Positions 15,848 to 22,008 of a stretch of 22,008 nt of DNA are shown in pieces. Source of the DNA: a virus (taxonomy: Duplodnaviria > Heunggongvirae > Uroviricota > Caudoviricetes). The stretch lies in IMG/VR virus record IMGVR_UViG_3300017560_000307; one strand, 5' to 3'. Positions within the stretch are counted from its first letter, which is position 1. Each line of letters begins with the position of its first letter. Below the pieces are notes generated by a model. The model ran no database searches, was not told where the DNA came from, and saw nothing but the letters and a program-made list of their open reading frames with translations. Position numbers and translations under genes: made by a program.

Positions 15848-16611
15848 GGCGCCTCTTCGCGATCGGAGACATCCACGGCCACCACACCGAGCTGATGAAC
15901 CTCTACCAACAACTCGACGATGCCGGCATGCGACCAGAGCGCGACCAGCTCGTCTTCATTGGTGATTTTATTGATGGAGGTCCGGACAGCAAGAAGGTTC
16001 TCGATCAACTCATCGCCTGGCAGGAAGCCTATCCCCATTGGGTCTTCCTTCGCGGCAATCACGGACAGATGATGCTCGATGCTCTGAACGACCCAGGCAA
16101 TTGGCGCACATTCGATCTTTGGTATAACCAGGGCGGAGAATCTACAGCCAAGTCATACCTCCCAGAAGACCTGACTCCCTATGAGCGAGCCACGGCGACA
16201 CCCTGGAAGTTTATCGACTCAAAACATGTCGAGTGGATTCAGCAGCTTCCTTATATATACGAGCATCCCACCTTCTTCTTCGTCCATGCGGGACTGAATC
16301 CCAACTACCCTCTCAATGAGCAGACGATACAGGACTTGCTGTGGATCCGCGGAGAGTTCTACAACTCAAGGCACGACTTCGGTAAGCCAGTAGTCTTCGG
16401 TCATACAACATTCAACGAGCCGCTGGTGCAACGTGTCCTGGTGAGCCCGGAAGCAGTGAAGCCCATATCGTGTATAGGCATAGACACGATGTTCCTCAAC
16501 TCAGGGAAGCTGACCGCGGTTGAGCTGGATCCAACCAACCCTCATATCTATCCCCGGTTCTTCTTTAGTCATTCAGTGGCTAGCGAATCAAAGCAGTTGC
16601 AAAGACGATAA
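15844..16611 (+). CDS. PPP-family Ser/Thr phosphatase (lambda-PP/PrpA-like metallophosphoesterase)
   Basis: GDIHG, GDFIDGG, RGNHG, HAG, FGHT and IDT motifs. Confidence 0.9.
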   Translation: MRRLFAIGDIHGHHTELMNLYQQLDDAGMRPERDQLVFIGDFIDGGPDSKKVLDQLIAWQEAYPHWVFLRGNHGQMMLDALNDPGNWRTFDLWYNQGGESTAKSYLPEDLTPYERATATPWKFIDSKHVEWIQQLPYIYEHPTFFFVHAGLNPNYPLNEQTIQDLLWIRGEFYNSRHDFGKPVVFGHTTFNEPLVQRVLVSPEAVKPISCIGIDTMFLNSGKLTAVELDPTNPHIYPRFFFSHSVASESKQLQRR

Positions 16612-17125
16612 TCACCAGACTCGCAATCAGGATAGCCAGGAGCTCTTTTGGACTGGCCTTGGCCCAAGGAGTGTCTATGTCTTTGGACTGGGAGGAGCCA
16701 GTAACCTCTTTCCACCACCTGGTGCCGTCAGGACGATGTTTTGAGGAGACATCTAACTTGATCTCCACTACCAAGTCCGTCTGTGGTCCATTAGTGCTGA
16801 TGGCAATGGCAAGGGTGTACAGTCGGTTCCAGCCGTTGGTGACCTCTGGCTCACTGAACCCGTATCGGATGGGCAGCGTTCTGATTGCCGTCACCTCGGC
16901 AGGTGTGAAATACCCTGAATTCACCACAATAGCCATGACCACCATGTCATCGCCGGAATAGTTACCCTCGCTGTCAATCTTCCACTTGAACGGACGTGGT
17001 GGCGGTGGTGGTGGCACATATGGTGGATCTACCGGGTCCTCAATCGGCGGAAGCTTTTTACCCGTGTAGAACTCATGGTGCTGGCGAATCAGCTCAGCTT
17101 CATCTCTGTCGAAAGGGATATTCAT
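16580..17125 (-). CDS. hypothetical protein with Pro-rich linker and C-terminal TM anchor
   Basis: PPYVPPPPPPRP; terminal LLAILIASLVIIVFATALIR; divergent from 17198. Confidence 0.7.
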   Translation of the reverse strand: MNIPFDRDEAELIRQHHEFYTGKKLPPIEDPVDPPYVPPPPPPRPFKWKIDSEGNYSGDDMVVMAIVVNSGYFTPAEVTAIRTLPIRYGFSEPEVTNGWNRLYTLAIAISTNGPQTDLVVEIKLDVSSKHRPDGTRWWKEVTGSSQSKDIDTPWAKASPKELLAILIASLVIIVFATALIR

Positions 17126-17197
17126 AGTTGGGCCCCACGGTCTTCTGTTGACCGCAATCTGATGAAATGATACAAGGTACCTATTACACGTTTATTT

Positions 17198-17794
17198 ATG
17201 AATCTGTCCCAACACATCCGTATTCTGTCAGAGAATGCCTTTACACGGCAATCCAAGCTCCCTGGCCACCCTCCAACCCCTGATATGAGACCCTTCCTGG
17301 CTGTTCCAATTCGTGAACGGCTTGTGTTGCTTGCCATATATGACGGCCAACCCATGGAGGTCATCAAGGGAGCGTATCCCTGGGCGAAAGAGACAGACGT
17401 TCGCCGTACCTCACACCGGATCCAGGACGCGTTGGCCATCTTCAACGCTGCTCTCAAAGAGCCGACGGCTTGGATCAACCCTGGTCCGTATCCTGTCGCC
17501 GAGGTGGATGGCGATTTAGGGTATCCAGACACTCCCTTTCCTATTAATTCACGCACTATTCCCGCAGACACCGACAAACAGTTCCGCCAGGCATGGTTTC
17601 CATCGACGCCACTCATGCTCTTTGGTGCTCATGTTCCGCCGGCTATGTCCCAGTTGAGTCTGAAGCGGCGATCGATCGTGTACCTGGCTGTGGTGGAGGA
17701 GTGGAGCTACAGCCAGATCATGGAGACCCTAGAGTGCAGCAAGCGGCAAGTACATACCAGCCTGATAAAGGCAATAGAAGCATTAGGAGGATAG
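17198..17794 (+). CDS. sigma70 region-4-like HTH transcription regulator
   Basis: C-terminal LSLKRRSIVYLAVVEEWSYSQIMETLECSKRQVHTSLIKAIEAL fits a region 4 HTH; a weaker similar segment is near the N-terminus. Confidence 0.7.
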   Translation: MNLSQHIRILSENAFTRQSKLPGHPPTPDMRPFLAVPIRERLVLLAIYDGQPMEVIKGAYPWAKETDVRRTSHRIQDALAIFNAALKEPTAWINPGPYPVAEVDGDLGYPDTPFPINSRTIPADTDKQFRQAWFPSTPLMLFGAHVPPAMSQLSLKRRSIVYLAVVEEWSYSQIMETLECSKRQVHTSLIKAIEALGG

Positions 17795-17796
17795 AT

Positions 17797-18069
17797 ATGA
17801 AAGAGCAAAAAATCATGAAAGATGATTATGAAGAAAGATTAGGGGTGATAGAGCGAAGAGTTAGTGCCTTGGCTTTCAAACTAGGGTACCGGTTTGGAGA
17901 GTTTGACGAGTTGGAGGCAAATAGCATTTATCCGACCCTCCCTGAGAATTATTCAAGCCTGAGAGCAGATCTACGTCTTCTCATGGATCATCTCGGACTC
18001 AAAATTCGTGAGAAATACACCATGCCTAGAGGGATTGTGGTTAATGACAGGCCTAAAACTGATGCCTAA
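17797..18069 (+). CDS. hypothetical protein
   Basis: SD AGGAGG before ATG 17797 (start shortened from track). Confidence 0.72.
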   Translation: MKEQKIMKDDYEERLGVIERRVSALAFKLGYRFGEFDELEANSIYPTLPENYSSLRADLRLLMDHLGLKIREKYTMPRGIVVNDRPKTDA

Positions 18070-18391
18070 CGACCACTACATCGAGATCCCGGTGACCAAC
18101 CAGTTCAACCCCGATCATGTCATCGGCCAACTCCGCATCGACAAGACCCAGCTGCCTAACAAGCCGAATTACCTCTTTGCAATTGGTGGGATCGTGAAGG
18201 ACGGGCAGATGAAACCCAGTGAGCGTCTCGGCCGCGAGGTCTATACCATCACTGACTTCGAGCTCCAGGAGGTTGCTCTCATCCCGGCCGATCAGTACGA
18301 CTGGAAGAAGGCTCAAGACCTCTGGATGATGGAAACGGGTGGCGAATCAGAGCCAGCGAAGCCGGTGAAACCTAGAATAACGGCCAGATGA
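18062..18391 (+). CDS. hypothetical protein
   Basis: ATG 18062 overlaps the upstream stop (start shortened from track). Confidence 0.72.
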   Translation: MPNDHYIEIPVTNQFNPDHVIGQLRIDKTQLPNKPNYLFAIGGIVKDGQMKPSERLGREVYTITDFELQEVALIPADQYDWKKAQDLWMMETGGESEPAKPVKPRITAR

Positions 18392-18522
18392 CCTACACCA
18401 GGCACATCCATGGCAAACACTACATGGAGTACTCGGGCTCAAGACCTGCAATCTGGTGGCTTCGGCTGACCGGCTCGTCGCTGGGACTCAAGAAGAAGCT
18501 CATATACAAAGGAACCAAGTAA
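18388..18522 (+). CDS. 44-aa basic hypothetical protein
   Basis: ATGA overlap upstream and TAATG coupling downstream. Confidence 0.6.
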   Translation: MTYTRHIHGKHYMEYSGSRPAIWWLRLTGSSLGLKKKLIYKGTK

Positions 18523-18740
18523 TGAAACACACAACCCCAAAACCCAAGAAGCCTCTCTACTTTGGTATGACCGACACTGGCTACACCATGTGCGTCAAGA
18601 AGATGCGTCGGCACCGTGAGTTAGACGTGAGATGGTCGATCTTCCCACCAGCAGAGGAGGGCGGGAAGATCGATGTGAAGCCATATTGCAAACATTGCAA
18701 AGGGATGCCGTTTGAGGCGACAAAACCAGTCGTATCCTGA
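18522..18740 (+). CDS. small hypothetical protein with CxxC
   Basis: TAATG coupling; YCKHC motif (start shortened from track). Confidence 0.62.
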   Translation: MKHTTPKPKKPLYFGMTDTGYTMCVKKMRRHRELDVRWSIFPPAEEGGKIDVKPYCKHCKGMPFEATKPVVS

Positions 18741-18779
18741 TAGAATCAGAATTACTGGGGACATAAAGAATAGATGCTG

Positions 18780-18805
18780 GTCCGGGCTCACGCCCGGGCT
18801 TTGTC
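18780..18805 (+). terminator. intrinsic terminator-like hairpin
   Basis: GTCCGGGC-TCAC-GCCCGGGC followed by TTTGTC. Confidence 0.6.
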
Positions 18806-18821
18806 GTAGGTGAGGTAGGGC

Positions 18822-20513
18822 ATGCTCAAGGGGTTAATTCTGGAGAATTTCAAGGCGTTCGGCGAGCGCCAAGAGATTCCTCTTGCTCCGATCACTCTTA
18901 TCTACGGACAGAACAGTGCGGGGAAGAGTTCTATCATCCAGGCCCTATTGGCACTTAAGCAGACTCATGATTATAACCGCATAGATCCTGTAAAAAGCAC
19001 CCTTGGAATGCTCACAAGTCGAGGTAGTTCTGTAGATATCGGCATGTTCTCCGAATATGTTTACGGCAATGATAATGGTCGGATTATTAGTCTTGGTTTG
19101 GAATCAATCGAAATCAGCAATGAGGATTATGGGTTTGATTCATTTAGGAGTGAAATTGGTCATTTTGGAATATCATATTCATCGCTTCTGCATTGGTTAG
19201 AAGGTCTCCCAATACATATTGAATATGCTCTTGAAAAGGGAGATGAGGTGAAGGATTCTAATCTAGCTGCCTTATCATTGAGCGCTTATGGTTCTCTTTT
19301 CTGTACGTTTAGTAAAGAGACTATTATATACGCCGACATTGAGGGTGCTGGCACACATGAGGTATTCATCGATGTGATGCTTTCTCTGGATGAAGTCTAC
19401 CGGGGATCCGGACTCTCAGGTCATATGGCATCCGAAATGTTTAAAAATATAATAGATATGATTGCTAAACATGATGAAGTGCCTGGAAGATATAAGGTTC
19501 CAGATATCTATATAGAGATGTATCTTGAGCTGATGTCTAAGAGAATGATGTATCGGAGTGTCCTCAGGTTTTTGAGCTTAGATACCATAATGGAGTCTGA
19601 AGTGGTGGATTCCGCTGAAGGAAGACCTGAGCCTGCGCATGGAAACATTCGTGATTACTCTTTAGCAGCAGAGCAAGTTTATTCTGAAGCCTCCCTGCTG
19701 ATAAATGCTATTGTGGGGACTCAAAGGATTGATACTCAGAGTGAAGAGAGGCTCGATTTAGTCTGGGAGGTCGCGGAGGAGATATTCAAATTCCGGTCAT
19801 TCTGGACAAAATTTGCTGCTTCCATGTCAATACGAATGCTGAATAAGTTAAGCCTGAAGTTGTCTCATGTTGGACCAGTGAGGCGAGTCCCAGACCGGAT
19901 CATTTATGCTGCAGATGAGTCAATGCAGCATAATCATGACGACAGGTCTAATTGGCCAATAATCTTGAGGAACAGCCAAAGGGCTTTAGACAGTGTAAAC
20001 GAAGATCTTGAGATGCTCGATATCCCATATCAGGTCAAAGTCGCATCACATAAGATTAAGGGTGTGAGCGATATTTTTACAATCACTGTTCTTGATACTA
20101 AAACCAGAATAGAAAATGCGATTCGGGATGTAGGCTATGGGATTGGACAAGTACTGCCTGTCATCTTGCAGTCCGGGCTTTCTCAAAGGGGGATAATTGC
20201 CCTGGAACAACCAGAACTGCATCTTCATCCCAGGCATCAGGCGAACCTTGGTTCTCTCTTTGCGCGTAGTTGGCGAGAGAGGGGCAATCAGTTCATCATA
20301 GAGACCCACAGCGAGCAACTCATCCTCCGTCTGCAGAAGCTAATCCGAAAGGAAGAATTATCTCATAAGGATGTGTGCGTACTCTATGTTGATCGGGATG
20401 AGAATGGTTCTCACTGCCAGCGACTTCGCCTGGATGAGACTGGCAAAATCATCGATAACTGGCCTGGAGGGTTCTTTGAAGAATCTTTTTATGAGATGTT
20501 CGATATCACATAA
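18822..20513 (+). CDS. ABC-fold AAA_15/COG4938-type ATPase with C-terminal DUF3696
   Basis: Walker A GQNSAGKS, HVGPVR..P.R, signature VGYGIGQVLP, Walker B EQPELHLHP, IETHS, and DUF3696-like end LDETGKIIDNWPGGFFEE. Confidence 0.9.
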   Translation: MLKGLILENFKAFGERQEIPLAPITLIYGQNSAGKSSIIQALLALKQTHDYNRIDPVKSTLGMLTSRGSSVDIGMFSEYVYGNDNGRIISLGLESIEISNEDYGFDSFRSEIGHFGISYSSLLHWLEGLPIHIEYALEKGDEVKDSNLAALSLSAYGSLFCTFSKETIIYADIEGAGTHEVFIDVMLSLDEVYRGSGLSGHMASEMFKNIIDMIAKHDEVPGRYKVPDIYIEMYLELMSKRMMYRSVLRFLSLDTIMESEVVDSAEGRPEPAHGNIRDYSLAAEQVYSEASLLINAIVGTQRIDTQSEERLDLVWEVAEEIFKFRSFWTKFAASMSIRMLNKLSLKLSHVGPVRRVPDRIIYAADESMQHNHDDRSNWPIILRNSQRALDSVNEDLEMLDIPYQVKVASHKIKGVSDIFTITVLDTKTRIENAIRDVGYGIGQVLPVILQSGLSQRGIIALEQPELHLHPRHQANLGSLFARSWRERGNQFIIETHSEQLILRLQKLIRKEELSHKDVCVLYVDRDENGSHCQRLRLDETGKIIDNWPGGFFEESFYEMFDIT

Positions 20514-20527
20514 AGGGAGGAGGGGTA

Positions 20528-21763
20528 ATGCTGGTCCGTTCGATTCATATGCCAGAAGCTTATATGCCCCACGATAAGTTGGGAGATAAGGAGTACAAAA
20601 ATTGTCTTCGATTGCTATTGGATGTAGCTGCCCAGGGGCTAATGTTGAGTGATAAGGGGCGGCGAATAGTGAACTCAATTGCCAAGTCGATAGTTCGCTG
20701 GCCAGAGCCTTATCGTAAAGAAGCCACGACCGTACTCAAGCAGATGGAAAAATCAAACAGAGTTAAATACCTCGCTAATATAGAGCCCTCCGATGACTCC
20801 ATTTGCACTCTCGCCGCGGAGCTGGCCACGCAGTTTGATGTCGAGGTCGTGCTCGGAGATGTTAATTGCTCTGCCATTCAGTTGTCTCCGTACCCGAAAA
20901 CTCAAGTATTTAATCCTTGGGAATATAGAGAGGTTTGCGACGCTCGTTTGGCGGTACGTGGCGATGATGATTTGCCAGTGAGACTTGGTGAGGCAGCGGC
21001 CCGGGTTGCAAAACGAGTGCTCTACCCAGCCTTGGTTCACACTACGAGTCTTGAGATTCTTGATAGAAATATTGGCAGACTCGGGTATAAAACGATACGT
21101 GAAAAGTGGTTAAATAGAGGTAATCAGCCTGATCTCCAGCGTTACCTCGATAGATGTCGCCGAGATGGGCCTCAACGGCTCTATGATTTCTACCCGAAAA
21201 ATTATGATAAAACGTTGAACTGGCTGTTCTACTATCTATGTGGAATTCACCGCAATAACCCCTTAGAGGTAAAAATACTGACCGAGATCAGTGGTATTTA
21301 TACTGATATGGAAGGGAGGGTATTAGATAGTAAAGAAGGGTTGGAAGTAATGATATATGCACTAAAATGGTTCTGTCTGAATAAAGAAGAGTTTTGGAAT
21401 AGTAAAAACGGGATAGATGTGAAATTCATTCTGAAAGTTGGATTCGAAAATGGACCTCAATTAGACCACGATCGACATTGGAGGACAGACCACACGAAGT
21501 TTGTGTCTAGCCGCGGCATGGACATGTTTACTTCCAACTCAAAAAAAGGCGAAAATAAGACGAGGAGAAATACCTATACTCGGAAAAGAGAAGGGGAGTT
21601 TGAGCTTGTTGATGGTGTAGATGGTATAGGAATTAGAAGGACGAATGTTAGAAATGTAGTGGATGAGGCATTTAGCGAAGGATATAGTTTGATTGACGCA
21701 GAGGTAGAGAATGTTGATCTTATTATGGGGACGGTGGTCAGAGGATACCAGATGATCAATTGA
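20528..21763 (+). CDS. putative effector with C-terminal MITD1-like half-PLD domain
   Basis: SLEILDRNIG...KILTE...DHDRHWRTDHTKFVSSRGMDMF resembles the MIT_C/PLD-like pattern (I.D.YI...HDR....GRGLD.F); strong SD GGAGG; 14 nt from the ATPase stop. Confidence 0.65.
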   Translation: MLVRSIHMPEAYMPHDKLGDKEYKNCLRLLLDVAAQGLMLSDKGRRIVNSIAKSIVRWPEPYRKEATTVLKQMEKSNRVKYLANIEPSDDSICTLAAELATQFDVEVVLGDVNCSAIQLSPYPKTQVFNPWEYREVCDARLAVRGDDDLPVRLGEAAARVAKRVLYPALVHTTSLEILDRNIGRLGYKTIREKWLNRGNQPDLQRYLDRCRRDGPQRLYDFYPKNYDKTLNWLFYYLCGIHRNNPLEVKILTEISGIYTDMEGRVLDSKEGLEVMIYALKWFCLNKEEFWNSKNGIDVKFILKVGFENGPQLDHDRHWRTDHTKFVSSRGMDMFTSNSKKGENKTRRNTYTRKREGEFELVDGVDGIGIRRTNVRNVVDEAFSEGYSLIDAEVENVDLIMGTVVRGYQMIN

Positions 21764-21816
21764 AGGTGGTGCGCATTTATGCGCGGGCAAGGCGGTATAA
21801 TAGGGGTACGAACTCT

Positions 21817-22008
21817 ATGAAACCCAAAGACCCACTTGCTTTCCGTGCCGCTATTCCGCCCCTGGCTTCAGCCATCAAGGTCGGAGGGCAGGAATCAGAG
21901 CCTATCCGCCTTACTCTCGACATCTACCCTGATGAGCTCGATACTGTCCAGCGCCTCATGCATCTGCGTGGAGCGGAACTGTTCGTCACCCTGCAAGAAG
22001 CACCATAA
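21817..22008 (+). CDS. small phage hypothetical protein
   Basis: TATAAT at 21796-21801 and SD AGGGG before ATG 21817; composition returns to the phage-like background. Confidence 0.68.
   Translation: MKPKDPLAFRAAIPPLASAIKVGGQESEPIRLTLDIYPDELDTVQRLMHLRGAELFVTLQEAP

Noticed and set aside
17030-17125. DUF413/MaoP-like N-terminus in the minus-strand membrane protein
   Set aside because: Resemblance is limited to about 15 residues (FDRDEAELIRQH), too weak to call.
17122-17616. 164-aa minus-strand ORF
   Set aside because: Shadow of the sigma-region-4-like gene, with no motif or SD support.
1-22008. CRISPR array, tRNA genes, integrase/att site, reverse transcriptase
   Set aside because: No regularly spaced repeats, cloverleafs, recombinase motifs or RT (YxDD-domain) ORFs were seen.

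Overview
Phage-like (or prophage-like) accessory/early-middle region. About 45 mostly short + strand genes are tightly coupled by ATGA/GTGA overlaps. They are organised into modules by repeated TTGACA-N17-TA(T)nnn promoters and intrinsic terminators. No integrase, virion structural gene, tRNA or CRISPR array is visible, so lifestyle and host cannot be fixed. Recognisable products are: a T4 PseT-like polynucleotide kinase/phosphatase (5' truncated), an R2K/DUF4343-type ATP-grasp enzyme, two metallophosphoesterases, three HNH nucleases (one HNH-AP2), a PD-(D/E)xK nuclease, two YopX proteins, a KGG-repeat protein, a frameshifted Xre-MmyB regulator, a tandem RanBP2-type zinc-finger protein and a sigma-region-4-like HTH protein. 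The three strongest leads are: (1) an AT-rich two-gene cassette (COG4938/DUF3696-type ABC-fold ATPase plus a protein with a MITD1-like half-PLD domain) that looks like an undescribed defence system; (2) a family of four divergent coiled-coil paralogs with conserved N- and C-terminal motifs; (3) a ~390-nt densely base-paired, apparently non-coding segment ending in a terminator. All family assignments come from motif recognition by eye; no searches were run.
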